NCBI GenBank assembly: GCA_002104905.1
Contig: MCFE01000271.1
Span: forward strand, 42,169 to 106,168
Origin: Basidiobolus meristosporus CBS 931.73
Taxonomy: Eukaryota; Fungi; Basidiobolomycota
Direction of reading: 5' to 3'
DNA length: 64,000 bases
Shown piece by piece: positions 25,659-36,869 of this stretch (its first letter is position 1; each line of letters begins with the position of its first letter). The position numbers and the translations under genes were made by a program. Under the pieces are notes generated by a model that worked only from the letters and a program-made list of their open reading frames with translations, had not been told where the DNA came from and did not search any database.

Positions 25659-28352
25659 ATGTCCGTAGAAGAAGAAAAGAACAAAGTCGAGCTTGAAGAC
25701 CACAAGCATCAGGAGATGGCAGAAGAGATCCCTCCTGAGCTTGAAGCCCTGCTCCACACCGATCCGGCCAAGGGTCTCACCTCCGCTGAAGTTGCTCAGC
25801 GCTTGGAGCAGTTTGGGCGGAACGAATTGTCGGAGAAGAAGAAAAACCCGTTCCTGAAGTTCCTTGGGTACTTCACTGGAGCAATCGCGTACTTGATTGA
25901 GATCGCATGGATCCTCTCGGGGGTTGTCCAGGATTGGGCCAACTTCGGAATCATCGGAGCCTTGTTGTTCATCAATGCGGCGATCGGATTCATCGAGGAG
26001 TCGAAGGCGGAGAATGCACTGGACGCGCTGAAGAACACGCTTGCGCTGAAGACGCGAGTTTGGAGAGACGGGGAGCTGAATGAGATTGATGTTGTTGACC
26101 TGGTTCCTGGGGATGTGATTGTCCTTCGACTCGGGGATATCGTCCCAGCGGATTGCCGTCTTCTCGGGATCGGGGTCCACGGCGAGCCGGTGGAGGGAAA
26201 TCTCCAGATCGACCAGTCAGCGTTGACAGGAGAATCGCTTCCGGTGAGCAAGGGGAAGGGAGCCACGGCATACTCATCCTCCATCGTCAAGCAGGGACAG
26301 CAGATGGGGGTTGTCACGAAGACGGGCGAGCATACCTTCATCGGCCGGGCAGCCACACTGATGTCAAACACCAACGAGCAAGGGCACTTCCAGAAGATCA
26401 TCAACCGTATTGGTAACTTCCTGGTGTTGGTGACGATTCTCCTTGTGGTGATCATCTTCATCGTTCTCATGGTGAAGGACAAGGGACACAACGTTCTCGA
26501 TATTCTGCGCCAAGTACTGGTACTCACGGTGGCGGCCATTCCGGTCGGACTTCCAACAGTGATGTCGGTGACGATGGCAGTGGGCGCCAAACAGCTCGCG
26601 AAGAAGGAGGTGATCGTCAAGCGGTTGACTGCGGTGGAGGAGATGGCATCCGTGTCAGTGCTTTGTTCCGACAAGACCGGCACACTCACCCTGAATGAGC
26701 TCACGTTCGATGAGCCATGGCTGTGCAAGGGCTACACCAGCGATGATATCCTGATGTACTCGTACATGGCGGCCGAGCAAGGGGCCAACGACCCGATCGA
26801 GTATGCAGTCCGTACAGCCGCTAGAGCACAACTTGACACGCTGCAGAGTCTTGGGGAGAAGGAAACCAAGATTCCCGGGTTCAAGACCACCTCGTTCCTG
26901 CCGTTCAACCCGGTCACCAAACTTACCCAAGCAACAATCCTGAACGAGGAGACAGGGGAGGTGTTCAAGGTAGCCAAGGGGGCGCCGCAGGTGATCATCA
27001 AGCTAGTTGGTGGGAACGATGATGCCATCCATGCTGTCAACAGTCTGGCACGACGTGGACTGCGTGCGCTGGGCGTGGCACGGACGATCAATGGAGACAT
27101 CGAGCAGTGGGAGCTGATTGGAATGATCTCACTGTTGGACCCACCTCGACCAGACTCCGCCGCGACCATCGCTCGGTGCCACGAGATGGGGGTTTCGGTG
27201 AAGATGATCACGGGCGACCAGCTGATCATCGCGAAGGAGGTGGCGCAGCGTTTGGGAATGCAAAGGGCAATTCTCGAGGCGCAGAAGCTCGTGGAGGCGG
27301 ATGTCCCCGAGGAGGAGATTGTTCGCCGATGTGTGAAGGCGGACGGGTTTGCCCAGGTTGTTCCGGAGCACAAGTACAGGGTGGTCGAGTTGCTTCAGGA
27401 GCAAGGGTTGCTTGTCGGAATGACCGGGGATGGAGTGAACGATGCACCAGCACTGAAGAAGGCAAACGTAGGGATTGCAGTCCACGGGTGCACTGACGCG
27501 GCACGCTCAGCATCGGACATTGTACTCCTCGCTCCCGGTCTTTCCACCATTGTCGACGGGATCACCACGTCCAGAGCGATCTTCCAGCGAATGAGATCAT
27601 ACGCATTGTACCGTATCACCTCCACCATCCACTTCCTGTTGTTCTTCTTCTTTGTGACCATCATCTTCCAATGGCAGCTCGACGCCATCCTGCTGATCTT
27701 CATTGCGGTCTTGAATGATGCCGCCACCTTGGTTATCTCCGTGGACAACGCGCAAATCTCAGCCAAGCCGGACAAGTGGCGCATCGGACAGCTGATCACC
27801 ATGTCGTTCACGTTGGCGGTATTCCTTACTGGGGCCTCGTTTGCCCACTTCTTCATTGCTCGGGACGTGTTTAACGTGACGAATGACGAGCTTGGTACCA
27901 TCATGTACCTACACATCTCGTCATGTCCTCATTTCGTGATCTTCTCGACTCGTTTGAGCGGCTTCTTCTGGGAGAACCTCCCGTCCTGGACGTTCACGAT
28001 TGCTATTCTCGGCACTCAGGTGTTTGCCATGCTGATCTCGGTGTTTGGCGTTCCCGGGCTCACTACAGCAATTGGCTGGGGATGGGGATGCAGTGTGATT
28101 GCCATCTCACTTGGGTACTTTGTTGTGCTCGACTTTGTCAAGGTGTTCATGTTCCGCATTTGGTCATTTGAGCTTACCGCTAAGCTCTGGCCCACACCCA
28201 CTCGTCGCAGAAAGCTATCGGCACGAAAGATTGAGAAGGAGCTGAATACGCGAGTCACCTCGAACATTGAGAAAGTGCGCACCGCTGTCCGTGCCATCCA
28301 TGCCATCAACCTTCTTCAGAATGGCAACACCAGCGAGAAGACCACCCATTGA
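25659..28352 (+). CDS. PMA1: P-type IIIA plasma-membrane H+-ATPase, copy 2 (intronless)
   Basis: Same motifs as copy 1. The given translations differ only at residue 2 (Ser vs Pro). Confidence 0.97.
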   Translation: MSVEEEKNKVELEDHKHQEMAEEIPPELEALLHTDPAKGLTSAEVAQRLEQFGRNELSEKKKNPFLKFLGYFTGAIAYLIEIAWILSGVVQDWANFGIIGALLFINAAIGFIEESKAENALDALKNTLALKTRVWRDGELNEIDVVDLVPGDVIVLRLGDIVPADCRLLGIGVHGEPVEGNLQIDQSALTGESLPVSKGKGATAYSSSIVKQGQQMGVVTKTGEHTFIGRAATLMSNTNEQGHFQKIINRIGNFLVLVTILLVVIIFIVLMVKDKGHNVLDILRQVLVLTVAAIPVGLPTVMSVTMAVGAKQLAKKEVIVKRLTAVEEMASVSVLCSDKTGTLTLNELTFDEPWLCKGYTSDDILMYSYMAAEQGANDPIEYAVRTAARAQLDTLQSLGEKETKIPGFKTTSFLPFNPVTKLTQATILNEETGEVFKVAKGAPQVIIKLVGGNDDAIHAVNSLARRGLRALGVARTINGDIEQWELIGMISLLDPPRPDSAATIARCHEMGVSVKMITGDQLIIAKEVAQRLGMQRAILEAQKLVEADVPEEEIVRRCVKADGFAQVVPEHKYRVVELLQEQGLLVGMTGDGVNDAPALKKANVGIAVHGCTDAARSASDIVLLAPGLSTIVDGITTSRAIFQRMRSYALYRITSTIHFLLFFFFVTIIFQWQLDAILLIFIAVLNDAATLVISVDNAQISAKPDKWRIGQLITMSFTLAVFLTGASFAHFFIARDVFNVTNDELGTIMYLHISSCPHFVIFSTRLSGFFWENLPSWTFTIAILGTQVFAMLISVFGVPGLTTAIGWGWGCSVIAISLGYFVVLDFVKVFMFRIWSFELTAKLWPTPTRRRKLSARKIEKELNTRVTSNIEKVRTAVRAIHAINLLQNGNTSEKTTH

Positions 28353-28984
28353 CATCTTTCTGATCGCTGGTAGTACTTCATAGAGCTGGTGGATAAGTAG
28401 ATGACCAATTGGAGTAGCGTGGGTCTTTCCTGTACGCCTGGTTCACGGCAACCTCTTGATATTCGAACTTCTTTGTTACCATTTATTTTAGCTGTTCATA
28501 TAGCCTTGCTAGCATTCCATGCAAGTTGTTGGATGACTACCATCTCCACCCAGGTGGATTTCGTTGTATGTCAGCAATGATTCCATAAGCATAGTACTTC
28601 CACCAAGCATCAGAGCTTAGAGTGCAATTGCTAATTTTGACATGATCATCTGACTTCTTCCTGATATTGCTCATTAAATAAAGACATAATGTTAGACCTC
28701 TCAAGATTTTTTCAGAGTTCATAATGAATGGAATAAACAATCATATTTGGCTGTTACCACACCATATCTATTTTACGAGTACATTTATAGCACGCTTTAC
28801 AGTCCGTTGAGAACTTAAATGGTTGTAAATAGTATGATTTAAGTCGCTCCCTACCGTTGTTTACCTACGGATTTGACAATAGCGTATTACATAGTATGTC
28901 TATTTATTGGATGGTTGTCATGAAATTATACATCAGTTTGCTCCCTGCATATATGGCCAGTTAGTTTTAGATTTGTGAAAGATT

Positions 28985-30598
28985 TTACATCCAGGACTCC
29001 TTTTCATTATCGTCGTCGTCATCGTTGTCGATAATGACACTGAGTTGGCCTATCATAGAATCAAATCTGTCTCTCATTCTCAGAGCTTCCTCTTTAGTGG
29101 ACTGTAGGCGAGCCTTGTATTCCATGATGTCACTTTCATATTTTGAGCGCTCTTCAGCCACACGCATATCAACACTAAACAAAAGGGTTCGTTAAAGATG
29201 CCCAAAACATGCTCTCTAAAAAGGAATGTACCTATCATTGAGTTGGTATTGCTGTTCGCGGTAAAGATTCACTTCCTCTTCGGTGGATATCACGTTTTTC
29301 TGGAGGTCCTTCACAGTCAATATCATACTGTTCTCTTTCTATTATTTTGCGCGAATTAGCTGTAGATCGCTCTACAAATACCTGGATTATGGCAGACTTA
29401 CCTTTCGCGTATTTTCAACAATTCGTTTGAGCTCGTCGTATCTGGATTTCAGCTCATTAAACAGAGATCTAACTCGGTCGGCTTCTGATTTTGAGCCAAT
29501 GATTGATTCTCGAAGAGACTTCTCTTCCATGGTCAGCATTGATATCTCGGCGGTGAATTTATCTTCGTCGTTTCTTATTTGCTCTTGCATAATCTTCACA
29601 TGTTCCAACTCGGCTTCCAACGAGGTATTGATCTTCTTACAGGCATCGGTGTACTTTTCTTTTTCCATTATATACCATTCTCGCTCAGTGTCCCTACGCT
29701 TCAATTCACTCCTCAAGTACTCCAATTTCTCTCTGAGCTCTGCATTGGTGGAGTCTGAACGCGGTTTTATCTTGGCTTGAGGAGGATTGGCCCGTAGTGT
29801 CTCCAATTCTTGACGTAGAGTGTTTGTTTCCGCCTCTGCCTGAGAGACTTCTTTCTCCATTTCTTCCCGCTCCTCCAAAGCTTGCTCAACTTGTACTCGC
29901 AAGTCCTCGATCTCAATATCCGCCTCGGCCACTAAATTCGCCTTCAACTCGTTTATCTCCCGTTCGCTGAATTTAGGTTTGTCGTCTGACATTTCATAGG
30001 TATTGGACAGGTCTAACAGATTCATGGTGTTGGGCTTTGGCGTTCCAATCGACCGCCGATATGTGGACTTACGACCAGTGCTAATACTTCCAAAATCAAG
30101 GGAGTTTTCCGAGTTGCTCATAGCATTGTGTGCTTTACTACTTTGTGTGGCGTTGCGAACGCTTTGAGGGGTACGCAAGCGGCCAGTTGTCTTGATATGA
30201 GAGCGCGGAAAATTACGAATACTAGAGCTAGGCAACGGAGTAGAGGCCAACAGGCCACCAGTGGCCCCTCTATGTCTGCGCAGGATAGAGCCAGGTGTCT
30301 TCTGGTTCAAGGCTTTATCCTGCGTCTTGGACGAACGTACACTAGAGGAATTGGAGGGGGAATTCAATAGGCTCCCTTCTTCATCTGACATTTCAAATGC
30401 GTTTCGTTTGAATCGTGGAGTAATGCTTAAACCGAAGGTTTGATGGCTATTCTCTTCTTCATCCGAAGGTGGGTACTGTTCAGAGCCATCAAATTCTTCT
30501 TCTAGACTTGGAGTGTCCTCAAATTCAGGAACCTCCGATATCTGGGAGTCCGAATGATATGACTGAGTAGTTGGAGAATCAGAAATATGGTCAGTCAT
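28985..30598 (-). CDS. Coiled-coil protein with disordered Ser/acidic N-terminus, 3 exons, function unknown
   Basis: The 403-aa ORF is spliced at CGAAAG/GTAAGT (~29400) to AATAG/AAAGAG, then GATAG/GTACAT to TTTAG/TGTTGAT. This joins the ORF 28985-29182. The C-terminal half has E/K/R-rich heptad character. Confidence 0.72.
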
Positions 30599-31918
30599 TT
30601 TGACTATGGTATACTTGAAGTGAAAATCGTAAAGCGATAGTAATTAGAAGTGTATGTGAGTGAGCTACGTTCCCAGAATGTACAAAATCCCTCAGAAACC
30701 CGGAAGACCTGATGATAACACACCACGGATTTAGCTGGAAATTTTGTTGTTTTTTATGTAATCAACGGAAATGGCTGGATCTCATTTGTGGATTGCGTTG
30801 GCCTAAACCAAACAAAAACAACCGATTACGGATGCAACTGGTAGAGATTCGTTCCATGTATTTAGAACACAAAATGATCAGGAAAATCACCACTGACCAG
30901 AATAACATTAGGTTGGTATAATTTAGTAACCAGGACAACAGTAACGGTTTAGCACTATCATAATTGTTTCAAACTGTCTAGACTGCACTGGAAGGTAATA
31001 GTGACATACTTTTGGGTGGCTGCACAAGAATCGACAATGCCGATTTCTATTTCTTCACAATAGGACTTCTATTGCGATTCTATGGTTATCGGGTTGTCAA
31101 CAATCAATATATGAGTTTAGCGAGGGTTTGTTTCTGGGGGAATGCCTAAAAACGAGCACCGCTCGATGCCATTTCTAATAAGGTCATAAAGCTAGACCGC
31201 ATTACAGAGACATATTTCCAATGCTAATGAGTGTTGGCAATAGACATTTGATGCTCCGAACTAGGAGAGCCCAGGGTGAACACCACCCGGGCTCTTTTCA
31301 ACACCAGCCCCCTGCTAGGTTCTAGATGATTTGTTGTTTCTGGTGACTCTCCAATGACATTACGTTCGAATGGAAAATAAATGGACCATTTGCCAACGAA
31401 GAAATCACCACCAAAAGAATTAATTACAATGCAATTAGTGGAGGATTGGCATTGATCAATAGAGCGATTGTACTTGCTTTGCTTTTCACCAGTTAATCGA
31501 AATCCCTTGAAACACTAGGAGATATTCAACTCCCAATCAAGTCCAGGGAAATGATATTTGGAATTTCTAACACCCGAAGAATAATCGACTCATTTCCACG
31601 ATTTATTGCTTTATGGTATGGCTTGTATTTGGGCTGTATTATTGAGAAGTATATATCGCCAATAGGATATTGCACTTTGACTTCCAATGCAATAGCCAGC
31701 TTGTGAGCAAGCATTACTACTTCATCAAATTTAATCCTCTAACCAATCTCTTGTTGCAGTTTTAATGACTTATTCGTGGAATACTCGGTGCCTAAATCAC
31801 CACGAAGTTAGCCGGGACTCTAGTAAATATATAAAGTCTCACGCTAGCCATCATTCTATAAGCGGCTCAAAGCAATATCTACACCCTTTCGTAGCAAGTT
31901 AACTTCTAGAGCTCAGTA

Positions 31919-32887
31919 ATGCGCTTCTTTTCGGTGATCATCACAACAGTCATGTTGATAAATATTTTGCAAACCGAGGCAGTTAAATTTCCGTATTGCA
32001 AGAATCAGTACGCGATAACTAGTGCTCATTGCCAATTTCTTCGGCAATATCCTAAAAATAACCGCAATTACGAGAAAAGAATCAAGCAACTCTCGGTGGT
32101 TGATTTAGATCCCAAACCAAAGCTCATAGCCAAGATGATGACCAATGTATTTGAATATGGCACTACAACGTTTGGCTATGCTACCTGTGATAAGCTTGGT
32201 GATGGTCGCGGATATACATGTGGGCTTGTTGGCTTCACTACCGGCACAAACGACGCGCTGGCTGTTGTCGCGGAATACAACAAAATTAAACCGAACTCAG
32301 AGCTGGCCAAATTCATCCCTGAGCTAACTCGTATAAGCAAGTTAGATTGGAGCAGTAGTGGACGTGATGATACTAGTAAACTGGGAGGCTTTACGGATGC
32401 CTGGAAGAAGGTAAGCTGCTCAGATCCGGACTTCCGTGCAGTTCAGGATAAAGTGGCCGATCAGATGTACCTTATTCCAGGCCTCCAGCTAGGCGAGGCC
32501 GCTGGAATAAGTACGAACCTAGGTAAAGCCATCATGTATGATACTGCCGTTCAGCATGGGTGGGAAGAGGATGATGGTATCAGTCTACTCACCATCCTCA
32601 ACTTTGTTGGCCCTCCAAATGGCCGAACTGAGGCACAGTACCTTGAAGACTTTATCAAGGTTCGTTGGATTCTTCTTTGCTGCACCAAAGATAACGTGTG
32701 GCCAGCCTCTGCCGATCGGACTAGTGATTTGATGAATGTACTGAAAACTGGCAACTTCGATCTGAATCCCCCAATTGATTTGAAGGCGTATACTACGAAC
32801 ATCACTGGCAACGAAGATCCAAGCAAAGATATTAAGGGATGCAGCGCAAGTACCAGTAAGAAAAACAAGACCAGCACCAGCCATTAG
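31919..32887 (+). CDS. Secreted GH46 chitosanase (bacterial-type), intronless
   Basis: Hydrophobic signal peptide, then MTNVFEYG (catalytic Glu position), DKLGDGRGYTCGLVGFTTGT (GH46 signature with catalytic Asp), LAKFIPEL and YDTAVQHG. Confidence 0.9.
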   Translation: MRFFSVIITTVMLINILQTEAVKFPYCKNQYAITSAHCQFLRQYPKNNRNYEKRIKQLSVVDLDPKPKLIAKMMTNVFEYGTTTFGYATCDKLGDGRGYTCGLVGFTTGTNDALAVVAEYNKIKPNSELAKFIPELTRISKLDWSSSGRDDTSKLGGFTDAWKKVSCSDPDFRAVQDKVADQMYLIPGLQLGEAAGISTNLGKAIMYDTAVQHGWEEDDGISLLTILNFVGPPNGRTEAQYLEDFIKVRWILLCCTKDNVWPASADRTSDLMNVLKTGNFDLNPPIDLKAYTTNITGNEDPSKDIKGCSASTSKKNKTSTSH

Positions 32888-35633
32888 CATGCCGCCAATT
32901 TATATCATTTGATAGTAGATTTTGATTTTCAGAGCTTTCAGTGATCGTTAGACGCCTGATGATACTATTCACATGATACAAGAAACTCCGCATAGCTCTT
33001 CGCCTTGGTGGATGAATTGCTTGCATATATTCAGTATTTATGAATGATTTCCAAAATTATGTTTGGCACCACCTCATTAATAAAGAAATAGACAGCATTG
33101 AAAATTTACCCGCACGACCAGACCTTTGCATATGATATCAGCTCAAGACCATTCACAAGATTATAGATAACTATACACCATAAAGGGGCCGAAGATAACT
33201 AGCAACAGTACCGGCTTTGCCATGTGCCCACCCTTCATGGCAAGAATCCATTGTTTACTGTCAGTTGAGCCCATGGATTGATATTTGATTCATAAGGAAC
33301 TGCAATTGTTACCTCCCAAGTCTAAATAAATGCCAATATCGACTTGTACTGCAAGCAGTTACGTAAGTTACGAATGTTCATATCGGCTGTAGGCTATGAT
33401 TTGAAACATCGCATTTCCTAGGCATGGTATCGGGTGGAAGATATTAGGAATCAACCCAGGGGCTGCCACCACTGGAAGCGACCAGGGATCATGGAGCTTC
33501 TATCTGCTAGTTTCAATTTTTTATACAACTTCAGCCTTCTCAAATGACACCTAGACGTAGGACATGGAATCAAAATAACAAGTATAATTGAATCCATAAT
33601 CTTGATGTGGGGGCTTCAAAATGCTTCGAATCTAATCCGAATTCCTATCTGGATGCAGTATGTGTCTGACTGTGGATATCACCTGATCCGTCACACTTTC
33701 CAAAGTGACCGAGATGACACAACTTCGTTTTGAAGTGATGATCATCTCCAACATGATGTAATACATATATTTATACTGGTCCAATAAACAAGTTGTCTAA
33801 TTTTTTGATCAATCGTAGCTCAAGTGCTCGTAGCTGCTTATATCCAACACCCAACAATCGCCATTGTCAAACTGCTCAAGGAGCATCAGGAAGGATGGGC
33901 TGCCCACAGCTCTGCCACTTTAGTACCAGCCACTTGCTTTAAAGGCAACAGTGCATGTTTACATAGTAGTTACTATCCCCATTTAGGTCCCGCCCAGGAC
34001 AAAGAGAGTCTAGCTATCCGGGCCGAGTCATCCTATTGGAGTACACAAGGAGGGTTGTATATAATTTGAAACATGTCGTAACTTAAAGCAGATAAAGGAA
34101 TCATTTTGATTTGCGAGGGTATTTATCAATGAGCTGAAATTTCTGAAGGGCGTATCAATCGCCACAACGCTGGGATGACTTTTCCCGGACACATCGCCCG
34201 AAGGCTTAAAAATACACACAAACCCCCGTTTATTGACTTGCTCAATCGAAAGAATATTTGTCAACAGAGTAAATATATCAAAGATCCGACATGTTATTAG
34301 CAGCCATATCCTCAGGCACTGTGGGGAGGGAAATCAATACGGCCACAAATTCATCAACACTGAATCATTTGTCATGGTGCAGTGATGGGATTGATTGAAA
34401 TAGCATCACGGTCCTACCTAGTCATCCTTCATTCAAAATGTGGGAGTTGGGTAATTGATATAGTGTCGAATGAGGGACAGGACTGGCGCCTTGAGGGAAT
34501 AAACGATTACCGGGGCTACATGCGATGCAGAAGAAATGTTCCGCAGGAGAACTGGATCGGTTTCCAATTATGATAGTAAAGGATGTCAATACTGGCAACT
34601 CCAACACCTGTTGAGGCCAACCAGTAAAATTAGCATTCCACAAGGATCAGGGAATTGCAGATAGGCATCTTAATTCTGATATCACCGCTGACTTATCAAG
34701 GCCCTATCGCGCAGTCTCAGTACCCTACCTCAGCGCGCAATCCTCCAAAATATCACCAACAGGGCCAAATCAGATACCTAGGCTTTGGTAATTCTTGCCG
34801 ACTGTGGACTAATTTGAGCCCAGGAAACCCACCCTATAGCACAGCCATTACGTGTGCAACCTTGATCATATGCCACCGGAGAAGCTCTGAGCTGGGCTCA
34901 GCTTCTTGCGAGTAGTCTTTCCACAGCAGAAGCACTGCGCACTTATGGTATATATGCACCATGGCTAATGAATCTTGAACTGACTCCAAGCTCACGCTGA
35001 TAAATAGGTTGTAGAGACAAGTCCTCCTGAACACATAGAGCGGATATTTGGCTCAGTCACTGAAACACATGTACATCAAAGTAAAAAGGGCGCTAAAATG
35101 AAACTGATATTCTATTAACCCCATATTATACGTAGAGCGGCTAGTGAATGATTAGTGATCGCTGAGTGATGGTTGCGGCACCGAACAAATGGCTCTGTTT
35201 TTAATTTGAATGAGTATCATTTTTATCCTCGGCCTGATCGATTATTTAGAGGAATCGGGAAAGTGGTAAAAATAATCACTGGCCCCGATGAAACCTATTA
35301 TCGCATCAGACAGGATACAGCCAAACTCACACAAGACCTGATTGTGAGATATATATGGCAATAGCCAATAATATGTAAAGACATGCCTTCACAACTTTTT
35401 GGATGATGGTTGAGGTGGTTTCACGTAGCATTTTGCTATCAATATATAATCAAGACGCTCCCCCGCTCCCTAGGCAGGCTTTGTTGCCTTTAATGCTCCA
35501 TATATCTCCGACAAGCTAACCACGGTTTATATTACTTTGTCTCTCTCTCCCTGCCACATTCCATTCGCAGTGTGGTCTCGTCTACTGTCACTAGCACATT
35601 ATCAGCTTGAGAACACCATATTGACCGGTGCTC

Positions 35634-36869
35634 ATGGAGGCACCAATACCTGCATTACGTAAAGAGCAAATAGAATTAGTTTTGACCATCAATGTTAACA
35701 TCAATGTTGTGTCGCTGCTTTGTAGCCTACTGGCTATCGTTGCTTTGGTCGTCCTTTGTCCCTATGCCAAGGGCCATACCAATCGCATCTCGATACGGTT
35801 ACTCATCTACATCGCCACCATGGATACGCTGTATTCGGCATTTCAGATCATCAGCTTCAAGATGGCCTCCGATAGTTTCATATGCAGCCTCTCTGTGTGG
35901 GGATTGATTTATTTCACCCTGGCTTCGGTATTCCTTCGACTTGCCGTTGTGGTCAACATTCAATTAGCGGTGGTGAAAAGCACCAAGAATGCCTCGATCA
36001 CCGAATTGCATTACCTCCTGGTGGCCACAATACTTCCCCTATTGCTCTCGATCGTCCCGGCCTGTGCCAACCTGCTAGGTTGGACCACACACGAAGGTAC
36101 CTGCTGGTTCAGAGATGATGGGAAAAGTAGGAACTTCATCTGGCAATGGTTCTCGTATTACATGTGGGTGATACTCGGCGTGCTCTACTCCATAGTGTCG
36201 ATCCTACTTATAGTTCGCTATCTGCGAAAGCAAAAATCCGAAATCCAGGAAGACATGGAGGCGGCGGTTCCGAGAATTCCTTTGGAGTGCAACCCTCTGC
36301 CACACTCCCAATCTGCCGATATCATCAAGCAAACGGTGTACCGCACTTGCTGGTATCCTATCATTCCAACCATTTCACAGAGCTTTGTCATGGTGAACGC
36401 CCTGATTTTAACGGCCAAGAAAGAAATTCTGTTCCCAGTGTATTTGATTTCAATCATCGGGACGGCACTCCAAGGCACATTAACAGCCATAGTGTTCGCC
36501 AATGATCCTGTGGTTGAGGAATCCTGTGGTCATTTTCGAAGGCATCTGATCAAAAAGTACTACTACGACTATGAACAAGTACAACACCTCCCGCCGAAAG
36601 ATCAAAACCGAAAAGGATCCATCGCCTCACTGTTGTCTAACGTGTCCTCTCATGAAACCACCGCCGTCATCACATCAATCCGTTCACCAGGTTTTACCGC
36701 AGAAGGTGGGACCAAGATCAATTCCATGGCCACAAACGAATCGATCCCGATTACCCAACCGTCGTTCACCTCTTGGTTTTCCCATCTGATGTATAGATTC
36801 GTAAGGAGATTTTTGGTAAGAGAGATGAGCACTGTAAACGAAATCGATGCCAATGTCTCCCCTCGTTGA
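35634..36869 (+). CDS. Seven-transmembrane GPCR-like protein (Git3/Gpr1 or cAMP-receptor-like class)
   Basis: About seven hydrophobic segments. NRISIRLLIYIATMD after TM1, Cys in FICSLS and GTCWF (ECL disulfide pair), YPIIP in TM6, and a polar C-terminal tail. Confidence 0.8.
   Translation: MEAPIPALRKEQIELVLTINVNINVVSLLCSLLAIVALVVLCPYAKGHTNRISIRLLIYIATMDTLYSAFQIISFKMASDSFICSLSVWGLIYFTLASVFLRLAVVVNIQLAVVKSTKNASITELHYLLVATILPLLLSIVPACANLLGWTTHEGTCWFRDDGKSRNFIWQWFSYYMWVILGVLYSIVSILLIVRYLRKQKSEIQEDMEAAVPRIPLECNPLPHSQSADIIKQTVYRTCWYPIIPTISQSFVMVNALILTAKKEILFPVYLISIIGTALQGTLTAIVFANDPVVEESCGHFRRHLIKKYYYDYEQVQHLPPKDQNRKGSIASLLSNVSSHETTAVITSIRSPGFTAEGGTKINSMATNESIPITQPSFTSWFSHLMYRFVRRFLVREMSTVNEIDANVSPR

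Larger units (their letters stand above)
18493..28668. repeat. Long inverted repeat: arms 18493-21496 and 25665-28668 (3004 bp each), spacer about 4.2 kb
   Basis: Arms are reverse complements from codon 3 of PMA1 to 316 bp past the stop (identity ends at AATATCAGG / CCTGATATT). Only a handful of substitutions. Confidence 0.95.

Noticed and set aside
18852-28309. Many long antisense and alternate-frame ORFs overlapping both PMA1 copies
   Set aside because: They are shadow ORFs expected from GC-rich, strongly biased codon usage.
28985-30598. TACC/Alp7-like identity for the coiled-coil protein
   Set aside because: Only generic coiled-coil resemblance. The TACC C-terminal signature is not convincingly present.
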